Assembly: GCF_009914755.1 (NCBI RefSeq)
Contig: NC_060930.1
DNA: 64,000 nucleotides
From: the human T2T-CHM13v2.0 reference genome, Homo sapiens
Direction: 5' to 3' (one strand)
Part shown: positions 30,791-44,279 of the stretch, piece after piece
Numbering within the stretch: the first letter of the stretch is position 1
How the letters are laid out: each line of letters starts with the position of its first letter
The notes under the pieces: generated by a model
Databases searched by the model: none
What the model was told of the DNA's origin: nothing
The model's input: only the letters and a program-made list of their open reading frames with translations
Position numbers and translations under genes: made by a program

Positions 30791-32219
30791 CTAGATCTTT
30801 TTAGGAAAGCAAATTCATTATTTTAACCTCATTTCAAAAATGGTGAGAATAAGAAAGACTAGTCATGTATCCACACATTAATTTTTAAGCTTTAGTATCT
30901 TCAGTTTCAGTTTAGCTAAACAGACTAAAAGCTGCCACTTAACCTATTCAAATGATATCCCCTGGTAAGTAAGGTGGCACATTTTAAGATGGTTTCCTGA
31001 CAAGTCTTTTAATTTTCTCCAAGAGGCAGAATGGAAGCAGACCTTAAGATAAAGCTAAACCTCTTTTGGAAAAATGAATGTCTGGAAGAATGTCTCACAG
31101 AATAACGCAGGACCAGGTCACTAAGCAATGCTCTAAGTGGGGACACAACGTGGACTTTTCCAAGCCTTCAGCTGAGGGCAGGGATGGCCAAGTCAATGGT
31201 CCCTCCCTGTTCTGTATTCAGTTTTTGATCAGGCAGTAATGTGCATGCAGGTCAACAAACATTTATTAAAGCTTTTTGTTTTTGCTTCTTCATTGATAAA
31301 TTACTAATAAATGCTCATTTGAAAAAGCCAAACAAACCAAATATGTGTACTAAATTGTACATCGTAAGAGGTAACTGTCCCTTCAATTTTTTTTGTAGTT
31401 AACAGGTTACCACTTCTAGCAATTAGGTAGGCATTCTTATAGACCTTTATCCCTATGTTTTTGTTCTGTTCCTATATATCCAGTTTTTTTGTACAGAATG
31501 GGATCACCCACACATACGGTTCTGAGCCCCCCTTTTCCATTTAATAAGAAATCAATATCTATGAATTTTATATATTTTATTCTTATTAATGGATGCATAG
31601 TATTACATGGTATGAAGTGCCACATTATTTAACCATATCACTATTGATGGGCATATAAGTTGTTTCAAACATTTACTATTACAAAACTTCTGCAATGCAT
31701 ATCCTTTTATATCTATCATTACACATTTGTGTGTTTCTGTATGACAGATCTCTAGAATTGAGATAGCTGGGAGAAATGTATGTGCATTTTGAATTCTGGC
31801 AGGTATTGCCAAATGCTTAATGGCCTGCCAAAAAGACCTTGTCTTTTGACTTCATCTGGAATATTATTGACTTCATTCAGAATATTCCCATTACAAGAAA
31901 GTGGCCAGTCTCTCCGAGGAACAAACTGTTTTCCTTTTCCACCATGAAATAGATCTTATCTTTTCATTAGTTAATATATGTGTACCTTCAAATGGCAATA
32001 ACATTGTTCTGCTTTGTGGCTTCTCAAGTAGTAAACCCAGAAAACATCAGCTACCGTGGATTTTATTATAAATCATTGACATTCCTTTGGTGATTCACAA
32101 ATGCCAAAAAATAAATGTCATGTTCCCCAGGGTTTGAAGAAAGACACTGTAGCTTTTGGATTCAGCAACGGATCTTTCAAGAAAACAGTATGGAGGGATG
32201 ACTCACTCCCCCCATGGAG

Positions 32220-32234
32220 GCTGCCCTCTAGTTC
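32220..32234 (-). promoter_or_regulatory. Candidate CTCF motif
   Basis: Minus strand reads GAACTAGAGGGCAGC; the 3' part of the core matches consensus. Confidence 0.35.
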
Positions 32235-33089
32235 GTCCTTTAGAGGAAGCATGACCAAGGGTCTGCTGGTACTTTTCTCTCCCTCTCTAAGAATTTCCTC
32301 AGGAGAGGAAAAAGTTAGCTTTCTTTTCTCTGCTCCTGAGTGCCATGGCCTGCAGTACGTGACCAGTCCTTGGCACAGAGTCACTCAGGGCTCATGGTAG
32401 ATGCTTAGCGGTCACAGCCAGTAGCTGCGCAGTGTGGCAGCAGCTGAGATCCATACTGCAGCCTGAAAGTTGTGTTTCAGCTTCTGAGGTTACAAGTGTA
32501 TCCAGTGTTTACATCAGAGATAAAGCCCCCTTTCCCCTCTCTCCTACGGGAGCCCTCAACAAGACAGATATACGGGTTGGGTGGAGTGAGACCACATCCA
32601 GCAGAGGCAAAGCTTGCTAAAAGAGAGAGGAGGAGGAGGGGGAGAGGGAGGAGGCGGCACGGCGTCCCTTGGCAGCTCCGTGCATGCTGCGGCAGTTGCA
32701 ACAGGAGAACCGAGTACCAGTTGCTCAACACTTTATCACTTTGCATTGCTCTTTCTCCTCCCTTAAGTGAATTTCCATTTTGAGGGTACAGCTCCACAGG
32801 AGAAAGGTGTGGTGGTGGTAGTGGTGGAGGGTGTCTGTGGGGGGGATGGTGGTGCGACGGGAGTTGGAATGTCCAGTGTGGGGAAGCAAAGGAGTGCCTA
32901 CTAGGATGCGAATACCACTTGGCCCTGGGCTCGCTCCGCTTTAGCCTTCCCCTCTCGCTGGGGAGAAACAGGCGGTTTGTGAGGGAGACTGAGAGAGGGG
33001 CGTGTTTGTGGTGGTGGCGGCCCATCGGGGGTCCTTGTCCTCTCCGAATACCCGGACTGCTGAGGGGAAGGGCCGGGGGGGCCCCGGCG

Positions 33090-33106
33090 GTTGCCATGGT
33101 GACGCA
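33090..33106. promoter_or_regulatory. RFX X-box overlapping a half-CRE
   Basis: GTTGCCATGGTGAC (33090-33103) versus the RFX consensus GTTGCCATGGCAAC; TGACGCA at 33100-33106. Confidence 0.6.
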
Positions 33107-33109
33107 GGG

Positions 33110-33257
33110 TCGGCGGCTCAGCGCCGTAGAGACAAAGCCGCCCGCCCGCCAGCCCGCTAGCTCCTCGCGCGAGCTCCTCCTCCACGGGAACCTCCCTCCC
33201 CTCCCAGGCGCCGCCGCAGCCGGAGCGGCTCCCGGGCCCTGGGCCGCCGCCGGCCAG
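33110..33257 (+). other. RNF182: Probable 5' first exon, likely non-coding (start approximate); likely RNF182
   Basis: Strong donor CAG|GTAAGG at 33257/33258 inside the CpG island. Gene name comes from recalled synteny (MRPL35P1 within RNF182 intron 1, 6p23), not from any coding sequence in the window. Confidence 0.55.
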
Positions 33258-33306
33258 GTAAGGCGATCGCGCCCGCGGCCGGGGAGGGGTCGGCGGGACG
33301 CCGGGC

Positions 33307-33350
33307 GGGGTGGAGTGGGGTGGGGTGGGGTGGGGTGGGGTGGGGCGGGG
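33307..33350 (+). repeat. (TGGGG)n G-quadruplex-forming tract
   Basis: Seven G4 runs with 1-nt loops (33317-33350) plus one further upstream. Confidence 0.9.
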
Positions 33351-33437
33351 CCCGCCCGGCTCGCGGAGGGAGGGGTGCCCGCACTCGGCTGCGCCCGAGT
33401 CCCCGGGGGCCCGTCCCCACCGAGGAAACGGACGGCG

Positions 33438-33493
33438 GCCGCCCCCGACGCCGCTGCCGCCGCCGCCGCCCCCGCCGCCCCCGCCGCCCCCGC
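33438..33493. repeat. Interrupted GCC / CCCCCGCCG repeat
   Basis: GCCGCTGCCGCCGCCGCCGCCCCCGCCGCCCCCGCCGCCCCCGC. Confidence 0.85.
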
Positions 33494-35765
33494 GGCCTCC
33501 CCAACGCTGGGGCAGCAGCCAGCCCCGCAGTCCTGGACGGCGCCGGGCCGCCCAAGCGCGCCGAGGAGAGGGGGCGGCAAACTTCGGGCCGAGCGGCGCC
33601 GGGGCCCGCGCGCGGAGTCTCCCTCCGGGCACCACGGGGGCCGCCGTCCTGGCACCAACTTGAGGGGCTGTGCGGCGGAGGGCGGCTGCGGAGCGCCCGC
33701 GCGGGCTGCACCTGCTCAGGGAGCTGCCCCTCTGTTGTTGTTGTTATTTTCCTTCTTGGCGTGCCATCGAGGCTTTTGGGGGAAAAAAAGGTATGAAAGT
33801 ATTTACCTTTGGACTTTCATGTTTCATGGCATTCTCTTTGAGGAGGGGTTGGGAGGGTAGTAAGAGGGACAAGCGAAAGATTTTTACGAATCTCTGAAAA
33901 GTGAGCCCATTTTTATGCCTGTGGCTGAAGCATTTTGAGGAGGCTTCTGAAGTTCGTTTGGATATTGAATCGAAAGACCTTTTTTTCTTTGGAAGGTGCA
34001 GTTGCACCTATAACTGGATGGTAAGGGTAGCCCGGCTTTCCCCGACTAGCAAGACCAGAATGTAGAGCAGTACCGATACTTTGTCAAGGAGATACTTGGC
34101 ACCGAGGTCATTGCTTTTGTTTCTAGAAGGTATTGTGTTCATGCTGTAAGGAACTGGAAAGTGCCTTTTGTTTTTATGTGTAGGGAGGCAATCCAAAGCA
34201 CCTCTGGAGGCAGGTAGCTGGGCGGTGTTTGCATCGGTGTTTATGAGTGGGATGATGAGGACCACGATGCGGTTGCCACTGGGGCACTGGATAGGTTATA
34301 GGTACCTTTCTCAGTGGCCCCAACCCTTGCAATCATTTCGTGATAGTTTGTTGCAGACGCGAAGCACAGATTTAAATTGTGACTGTGAAGACTTTTTTTT
34401 TTGGTACTTAGACATCATCTTACATGTAGTAATATGAAAGAAAACAGATACATTTTCAGAAATACAGTTGATCAATTCAGAAGGAAATTGTATATATGTT
34501 AATAAGATTTGTTTTAAATCATATTTAAACAATATGAGATGTCATATTGATAACTGGAAAATAATCTAACATATAAAATTGTATATCCAACTTAGTAAAA
34601 TAATGTATAAGTTGGAATAGGTCATTTAAAGAACTATATGGAATGCAAGAAATTATATTTTTGCTAGAGAGTAATTAATGAAAACAGTACCACTGATCAT
34701 TTTGAATTGCAGTTAAGTTGATTGGAATTCTGCATATTACAGCTACTTGAGGTGTCAGGCAAAGAGTGATTATTTAATATTCCTCTTCCCTCTTTTGGGA
34801 TTTCAACACCTGTTAGCCTGCTGATTACTAGGTTTCTCAGTCTGTTCATATTTGCCAGCAACTTCAAGTAATGCCACTTCATTAGAAGATTGTATTGGAA
34901 ACTAAAGGATTGAAGTTGCAATTAACAGTTTGCAGGTTATTTCACAATTGGGCTTGTTTTTAAACTGAATTTTACCTGTGGAAGATTCACAGATGCTCTG
35001 CTAAATACTCTTTCATGACGGTAATAAAATCGTACATTGATTAAAACGAAGTAGATCTGTTTTGAGAAGATAAACGGGAGAGAAAAGTATTTTCTCACTT
35101 AAGCATGAACAGCAAATAGGATATTGAAGCCTAGGCACATTATATAGACAGAGAATGTAGTTTTATGTTTTGTACTAAAAATAAATTATTTTGTGTGTTT
35201 GTGTGTGTGTGTGTGTGTTTTTTTTTTTCCTGAGGGACCAACAGAACAGCTTTATTCAGATCTTTGTTAGCAAAACCAGTATTCAAGTTCAAGGACTTGG
35301 TCCGTGCTTTCTGCCAGATGAAACCCACACTGTGAGTTCTAGCCTAAACATTTATGTTGTGGCCCTTAATCTGAGTGCTGAAGAACGGAGATATCCATGG
35401 TGAATTTAGCACAGTAAGGACCGGTGCTTTGCCTTTGCTGCTAGCTCACACGGGCACAACATTCAATATAGTTTGGCTTCTTCAGAGCTGCATCATTTTC
35501 TGCCAAAAAATAAAGTCGGTATACAGAAATCAACAATCATGTATTGCATGCACTGCTTGGTTGTAGTGGCTTATTAATAAGAGCTCCGAAGCATGAAATG
35601 AAGCTTGTGTCAGTGCAGTGGAAAACAATAATCTGGCATGTTTATATGTGTTACTAGTGTTCTGAGGTATGTGCATAACCAGATAATGAAAGAAAAAATA
35701 CTATGATATCTGCAATATGTCCTTAGAAAATGCAAACAGCAATTGTGTTTTCTGTCCATGGTTTA

Positions 35766-35777
35766 GCCACCTGGTGG
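35766..35777 (-). promoter_or_regulatory. Candidate CTCF motif (also contains an E-box)
   Basis: Minus strand CCACCAGGTGGC matches the 12-bp CTCF core. Confidence 0.5.
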
Positions 35778-38468
35778 AAGCAGGCAACAGCATTGCATAT
35801 CCCCAGGTGTAAAATACTAGTCATCACTCTTGCTGATTCACGGGAGTAGGAGTCTTTTCCTGCATTTTAGCTTACGGGTTTTAATTTTATGACGTAAAAT
35901 TGGTCCTAATTTTTGGTATAAACTGTAAAATATGGCCTGATAATTGTCACCATAGCTGTATTCTACCTGAAAGAATTCTGTAATTCAGTTTATGAAGCAT
36001 ATCCAAAGACAAAAAAAAGCCACAAATGTTCCTGTTTAAGTTAGGATTAACATTATGTTTGTGCCATTGAAAGTCAGTTGTTTGTAACCATATAAGCCTG
36101 CATAGGCAGCCTAAATAAAGCCACTGAAGCCTTTATTGACTGTTTCTGGGTCAACATTCTCTTGCAATTTCTAGTTGCACTGTGATAACATGATTACTGG
36201 TTGGTAATTTAGCATCTAGTGCAATGTGTTGTAGCATTTATAAAAGCACATTTGTGAAGGATGGTAGTTTTTAAATGATTTCTTCATTACCAAAACACTT
36301 AGATTTAGATTTGTGGCTGGGGAGAATAGTGTGGCCCTGAGACCTCAAGACAAAATGCTGTAAATATCAGGTATTGTTAACTGACCTGCTGTGCACAGTG
36401 GGTATTTGTCAGAACTACTGTGCTGAGAAAAGGCACAGGAGACACATGGTCATGGTGATAGGTTGTGGTGTTTAGTGACATGGATTATTAATAGTGATTG
36501 ATAGAAGCTGAAAAACTTTTGTGGACGTGTGTTTCATTTTTCATGTTTTCAATTAAAATGGAGATAAGATGTCTTAAGCTGTTTGGTAAGCCACAAGTGC
36601 TTGGGGAAAATGTATACTTTTATACAGTATTGTACATAATTTAAGTGATATAAACATAGTTCAAGATAAACGATTGTTTTCCTGATGTGCCAATTTTTTG
36701 TAGCAGTTATGGAGTATGGTTTTGGACATCAGTCATCAAATGTTTATCAAATGCTTCCTTCTATATATTCTATGTTGCTTGATGAAAGTCAACCAACCTC
36801 TTATAGTTGGGGACTTACTTGTTTCTCAGCTATTAGGATTATTTATTTTATATGTAATTCTTAATGTATGATACCCAAATACTCTCCTTTGTTTTCAGCC
36901 TTCCTTTTTTCAAAAGTTACCAGTTAATTTTGTAATGTTTTTTTAAAAAGTTTTATATTTCCAGAGCTTATTTTAAAAATGATTTGGTTAATTTGTAATT
37001 TGATCAGAAAATAGTGGGCATAAAAAACACATTATAATCTTTATATTTTGCATTTTGAGTATTTATAGACATGGTTTGTTGGATAGTAGAATCTGGGATC
37101 CTGTTAGGTGATTGCTTATTTCCATACATGTTTTGAACTTGATCCTTGCTTCTGTATCTTATAATCGGTTGAAGTGAAAACCAAAGAACTAGGAGGTAGA
37201 GGCAGCAGTGAGTTAAAAGGTGTTAAAGAGATCAATACATACTGAGAGTCTGCTGGCATAGTGGCCAAAGGTGGTGCAGGGGTGGGGGTGCGGTGGTGGT
37301 GGTTGGGAGGGCAGGGTCAGGGAGTCTGGGGCAGGAAGCTGGGGGACAGTGATGGCTCTAATAATCTCTTTTAACACTTTATGGTCCAGACTCTAAAGCA
37401 GATTACCTGAGGTCTTTACCTAGTGACCATTTCCAGAGGCTGGCTAGTCCTACAAAAGAGTTGCTGGTGCTGGTCCTGGTCACTTGCCTCCATTTTTCCT
37501 CCCAATTAACTAAAACGTGACTCTCTTGAATTGTGGTTTAAGTGCACTTTAAGCATTGTAAACCACAAATTAAGGCCCAATAATAAAATTTTTCCACATG
37601 AGAAATGTTATCTAATTGGTCAGGTACATGATTTAGATAATCAAGATGGCAATGGAACTATAAAATAAAACTGTGTGTTTGGCCAACATATTGTGTTTGA
37701 GTGAGAAGTTGTGTTTCTGATCAGTCTGTTGTGAATCATCTTCCCTCTTCTATAGCTATAGTCATTCAAGGCAGACATGGTGTTTTACATAATTTGATCA
37801 CCATGTGATGTGTTGGGCACAGTTATACTGAAGAATTGTTGTTTATTCAAACTCTTGAATTTTAAATCTACAATAAAAGGTTTCTGTGTGGTCTTCTCTG
37901 GCCTTTTTTCTTCCTGTATATTGGTTTACTGAGAACTTGTTTAGTCTGATTGCAGTAATTTTGACTTCCAGCTCTTCTCTGTCAATCAAACCTTTATGAA
38001 TTCTTCCCTATGGGCCAGACACTTTTCTAAGCACTTCAGAAATATCAACTCATTTAATCCTCACAACAACCCTTTGAAGTAGGTACTATTATCCCTTTTT
38101 TATGAGTGAGGAAACTAATATGATCACTTTCTGTTACGTTAACCCAAAGGTACACAAAATATACCAGAATCCTGGCTTTATGTCAAGGAATGCAGCAAGC
38201 TTTATTTTCTGTTTACTGATATCTACTAAGTGTAGAAATAATGACACTAATTATTATGCTTGGGCTTTCCTCCCCCATCTTATTTTCTCTTTTTGCTAAA
38301 AAGAAACAAAACCTAAAGTCATAAAACAAGAAGCATTTCTTCATAGCATATTGTGACATGTACCAGTATTCTTTTCTGTACATAGAAACTAGAATAATTT
38401 ATGAAAAAGATGTTTTCCAAAGGTAGTTGTTCCTTAATTTATTATTCGTATTCATATATTAAAAGAAT

Positions 38469-38808
38469 ATAGTCAGCCTTGCATATCTGCAGGTTCCACA
38501 TCTGCAGATTCTATCAATTATGGATTGGAAATATTTGGAAAAATATTTGGAAAATATTCCAAAAAATAATTCAAATAAGAAACCCAGTCTAAGAACTATT
38601 TACATGGTATTTACATTGTATTAGGTATTATAAGCAATCTACAGATGATTTAAAGTACATGGCAGGATGTACATAGGTTATATGCAAATACTATGCCATG
38701 TTATACCAGGGACTTGAGCATCCTCAGATTTTGGTATCCTTGGGGGTCCTGGAGCCAGCCCCCCTGCAGATATTGAGGGGTGACTACATATTTTCTGTGG
38801 TATTGGCC
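38469..38808. mobile_element. MER2 (TcMar-Tigger) MITE
   Basis: TAGTCAGCCTTGCATATCTGCAGGTTCCACATCTGCAGATTC ... CAGATATTGAGGGGTGACTA inverted termini. Confidence 0.85.
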
Positions 38809-40203
38809 TTGCTATATACATGTAAATCTATCTTGGAAATGTTGATCCATTTGCATTGCCTCACGGGGTTATCCTCAACCTGGGCTCACCTGCTCTTTCC
38901 TAGGCTACCTCTTACATGTGCTAAGGACTAAGTGATACTCCCTTCTCACTCCCTCCCAGTAGAACTCTGCATGTCCCTCCTCTGAAATAACACATGTTCT
39001 TACTGTCTCCATAGAAGAATGATTAAGCATTTTAATTTCAGGAGCTTATTTAAGCTATGTGAAAAGTAGGACTAAATAAGAGACAGGTGTTCATAAAAGC
39101 AAGTGAGTAAACATAGTTCTGTAGGTTCTTTTAATAGTAAATATTGTAATAACTACCATTTATTAAGCATTTACTTGGTGCCAGGTACGCTATTAAGTAT
39201 TCCACACAAGCTGTCTCTTTTGATTGTCACCATAATTCTTGTTTCCTCATCTATAAAAGGCTAATAAATAGCTTATCCAAGATTGTACAGAGTTGGTAGA
39301 TTTAAAAACATGATTTGTGTGGATAAACCACAATCTGAATTTGACTATGATTGCTTTGTTAATTACCAGCAGACAAAAAATGCCTTTCTGCTGCAGTGAA
39401 GATGCTTTTGGGATTATGTTACTTTGGAAAGAGTGGCAGTTGAGGACTGCCTGGTGGAGCAAATTCAGAGTGGCAGGTATGGCTGGCTGAGAAGGAGGAG
39501 GTAGTTCTCAGGAGGTAGCCAAGAAAAAGACATCGTTGTTCACAGTTATTGCTGCAGACCTCAGATGGGCTTTTAGAGTAGAAAGAGACAGAGAACCCCT
39601 ATCCTCAAGTCTATTTTTGGAACAAAAACCAAAATTAAATGGAGTTATTTTCTGTCTCCTGAATTTGTGTTTTGTTTTATACTGTGTTCTGGATTGGAAA
39701 TGAACAAGGACAAGGGCTACATGAGTGGTATAGGATGAAATGAAATGAAAAGTAACTCAATAAATGTCATATCCCCCAGGCTAAATTCCCTCAGGGTCAG
39801 AGCAACATGCTTTTTGCTACAGTGGGAGATTTCCTTGTTTTAGGATGCCGAAGGTCTGGAGTGTGGTATCAGGGATGAAGTTAGAAGTTTGGAAAGATGT
39901 TTTCATTTGGGTCATTCTCCTGCATGACATGGGGTTTTCCTGGAATTCCTGGTGCATACTTTCCTTGATAACTCCTGGGGGGGAAAAAGGAATGAGACTT
40001 AGAATCTGAATAGTAAGGAATAAACCCACTTTTATGATCATCTAATTATATAGATCACTGTGACCTTTTTTTCTCTTTTTTTTTTAATGTTCAAGGCCAG
40101 TATGAGAAGCCAGACAGCCTGGATTTGAATACTGCCTCTGCCACCTTTTAGTGATACGACCTTGAGGTAGCTGCTTAATCTCTCTGTGCCTTCATTTCGT
40201 TAC

Positions 40204-40569
40204 TGCAATGGACAGCATGCTCATGTCCCCTCCAAATTCATATGTTGAAATTCTAACTCCCAAGGTGATGGTATTAGGAGGTAGGGCCTTTGGGAGGTGA
40301 TTAGGCCATGAGGGTGGAGCCCTCATAAATAGTATTAGTGCCCTTATAAAAGAGACCCCAGAGAGGTCATTGGCCCCTTCTGCCATGTGAGAACACGGTG
40401 ATAAGGCACCATCTGTGAACCAATAAGTGGTCTTTGACCAGATACCTAATCTGCCAGCACCTTAATCTTGGACTTCCCAGTTCCCAGAACAGTGATGAAG
40501 AAATTTCTGTTGTTTATAAGCCATTCAGCATATGGTATTTTGTTAGAGCAATCTGAGCAGACTAAGACA
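40204..40569 (+). mobile_element. MLT1A0-like MaLR solo LTR inserted into a MIR
   Basis: TG..CA termini; CCAAATTCATATGTTGAAATTCTAAC; TSD GTTAC / ATTAC. Confidence 0.9.
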
Positions 40570-41675
40570 ATTACCTGTAAAGTGGAGACAATAATATTAC
40601 TTCACTTGGTGATTGTGAGGATTAAATGAATTAACATTTCTAATGTACTTAATTATTAGTTATTAAGGGTAAGTTTTGTGTGGAGAAAGGAAAATTAATA
40701 TTTATTTCAGGTAGAAACAAAAATCTAATTTTCTTTAGGCCTTTAAGTTCAACTTGCATATGTTAATACTCTGTTTATATATCTGGTAAATATGAGCAAT
40801 CATCTTCACTTTTTCTTTGACTAAACTTTAATTCAAATTGAACAGATTGGATTTCTTAAATTATCAGTCTCATTTATGAACTTAGTTAAATTTCAAACCT
40901 TAAATATTTTAAATCGCATGTTACTTTAATGTATTTATTTTTCTATTTAGATAAATCATATGTTTATTGGGCAAATTTATGACTCAAGTAAGTAAAACCT
41001 TACCAAATACTTAGGTTAAGTTCCTTTGAATATTTTGTCACTTACAAAATTAATATTGTATAGACATAGTCAAATACTCCTAAACATTTCAATCAAAATA
41101 AATCATATCTGAAATCTATTACACATTTTGAACTAGAATCACAAAGCTCATCTGTCAGTTTGATGTCAGATTCTTTTAAACGTTAAAAACATGACAATTG
41201 TGTACAGGCTGTTCCAATTAATATAAGACATATTTCTAAACTTTTCTAAAAAGTAATAATACAAGTCTGATTTTCCTCATCTCTATATTTAATTCTAAAC
41301 CTTCTCTGGATTGGAGTTAGTTACCCACTAGAAGGAAGTTTATAATCTCAGATAAACTGAAGGTACCATTCTAGGTGAACTTTAGTTATCTTACCATCCC
41401 ATATTGATTTGAAATTGCTGTCCGAGCATTTTTTAATTAAAATATGGTTGCTTATTGATCACCCATTTAAGGCTTGAATGCTGCATCTGGATGGCACACA
41501 TTCTGGAGAATTCTTCCTATGACACAGATGGACAGGCTTGGCCCTCCTGTGTAGTCATCATAACAATAGGAGACTCCAAACCCTTCTTTTCAGGTAGTAT
41601 TGATTTTTTAATCCTTAGACCAGTGCTGTCCAATATGTACTTTTAAGTTATGGGTTATATTAAAAAGTAAGAATT

Positions 41676-41960
41676 GGCCAGGTGCGTGTCTCACACCTGG
41701 AGGCCGAAGCAGGAAGATCACTTGAGGCCAGGAGTTCAAGACCAGCTTGGGCAACATAGTGAGATCCCACCTCTACAAAAAATGCAAAAATTAGCTGGGC
41801 ATGGTGGTACGCACGTGTAGTCCCAGCTGCTCCAAAGGCTGAGGTAGGATGAGGCAGGAGGATGCTTGAGCTCAGGAGTTCAGGTTTCCATGAGCCATGA
41901 TTATTCCACTGCACTCCAGTATGGAGTGAGACTGTGCCCCTTAAAAAAAAAGAAAAAGTA
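41676..41960 (+). mobile_element. AluJ with internal deletion
   Basis: Diverged Alu lacking the TAATCCCAGCACTTT segment. Confidence 0.85.
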
Positions 41961-42159
41961 AAAAGTAATTATTTTTAGTAGTAGATTTTATTTAACCTAA
42001 TATATCAAAATTACCATAATTTCAACATGTAATCAATATAAAAATTATTAATGAGATTTTAAACATTTTCATTTTGCACAAACTATTTCGAATCTGATAT
42101 GCATTTTACACTTAGAGAACATCTCAATTTGGAGGATATATTTTCAGCAGTTAAAGTGA

Positions 42160-42528
<369 letters not shown>

Positions 42529-44279
42529 TCAGTTTCTAAATTTAAATTAATTGAAATTAAATATGATGTAGATTTCAGCTTCTTAGTTGCACCAGCCACA
42601 TTTCAAGTGCTCAATAGCCAAACATGACTAGTGGCTGCCATGTTGAATAGTGTAGTCCTAGACTTGATTCAGAGTCACTCGTCACCCTGTCTCTTATTGT
42701 TATGGAGTCTCCTGTTGTTATGATGACTATACAGGAGGGCCAAGCCTGTCTATGTCAGCTTTAGGCCGTGCCCACCAGTGTTTGAGATATCTCCTTTCAT
42801 TCTGTTGGATTCTTCATTTCCGTCGCTCACAGTTACGTTAGTTGTTTTAATGACATCTGCTGGGTTTGAAAGGCATTTTAATGTAATTTCATTAGATCCA
42901 AATATTCTATACCTTCGCCTATTTTTCTGAGTGACTTCTCCAACAATGTTTTTTTGATTTGTTTACAACAGTTGTAATAGTTCCAAAGGTGGTGCAGTGA
43001 GGTAAGCTTATGCCATCTCTGTTTTGTCATAGGTAGTTTGCCATTTAGATAGGATTATGAAGACTGAACTGTGATCCACGCATGAGCTCTTAATGCTGGC
43101 TGGCAGCTCCATTCCTTTTTTCTAGTTTGTTCATTATTCTCCTGTCCTGGACAAACAAAATCCAAATAAATAAACAAGAATATTAGCAGAGATAAATAAA
43201 ATTGAGATAATTAATGCAAATGAGTGGATGAGTACCTTAGATTAAAGGGTAAGGTAACATTTAAATAGGGATTTGAGTGACGAGAAGATTTGATCAAGAG
43301 CAGAGCATTTCAGACAGAATCAGTGCAAAGGCCCTGAGGCAGAGAGAGAAGACAGGAGAGTCAGATGAAATGCGGTTAGAAAGAAAAGGGGTGGCCAGAT
43401 TGCTCCAGACTTTGTTATTCAGTGTAAGGACTTGGGTTTTATTCTATGTGGAATAGGAAGCCATTCTAGGACTTTGTGTAGAGATGGTCTGGGAAAGATG
43501 GGAGTAATTTGGTTAACATTTTAGAAATATTCTTCCATGTAGAGAATGGATGTACATGGAAGATGCAAGGGGGCAAGATTGGTAGCAGGGAGACTTGTTA
43601 GGAGCCAATGTCAATAGTCCAGGTGAGAGATGGTGTATTTACCACAGTTCTAATTTTACATTTATTTATGTGATCGATTGATACCATCGTCACTAGACTG
43701 TAAGCTCCAACAGGGCAGAAACAATGTCTTTTTTTTTTCTTTTTGCCTAAAGTTGTAATCCCTGTGTTGTATTCCCAGATGTAGTCCCCGTATGTTGACT
43801 TAACTGTCAATTCAGCATTTTCCATATTTCACACACACAAGATATGTGTGTGTATCATGACCAAATAAATTATTGTAGCTGGCAGGAAAGTATTCCTAAA
43901 GTCAGAATATCAAGGCCTTTATTCATATATGCAGATTAGAGTTGGAAGTCCTTCACTCTGATTCTGACAGTGGAATGACTTATAAGCTACATATTAATAA
44001 GTAGAAGATGTTTTCACAGGAAGTCAGAACATTTGATGATCCAAAAAGATAGCACATTAGTTATAACCACAGGATGTCACTGAAATTGTTGAAATTGTTA
44101 TGATCTCTTAATCATGATAATGTATGGATAGAAGTTACTCAGCAATGTATCTTACATTGAATACATACTACAAAAGATGTTTAAAAATAAGACATCTTAC
44201 TATGATTCATTTGAGATAGACATCACTTATTATAATGGGGCATTAGAAATGGGCTATGCTATTGATACAGTTTGATGAG

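Larger units (their letters stand above)
32600..33790 (+). promoter_or_regulatory. CpG island promoter
   Basis: Abrupt rise in GC and CpG density, densest at 33050-33720, with GC boxes (GGGGCGGGG) against a CpG-depleted background. Confidence 0.95.

Noticed and set aside
33115-33140. REST/RE1 site (CTCAGCGCCGTAGAGAC)
   Set aside because: Only the left half resembles TTCAGCACC; the GGACAG half is poorly matched.
32477-33860. Long overlapping ORFs (393, 313, 244, 184, 158 aa) on both strands
   Set aside because: Expected from stop-codon scarcity in a very GC-rich island. Translations are low-complexity (P/G/A/R), cross the splice donor and contain no recognisable domain.
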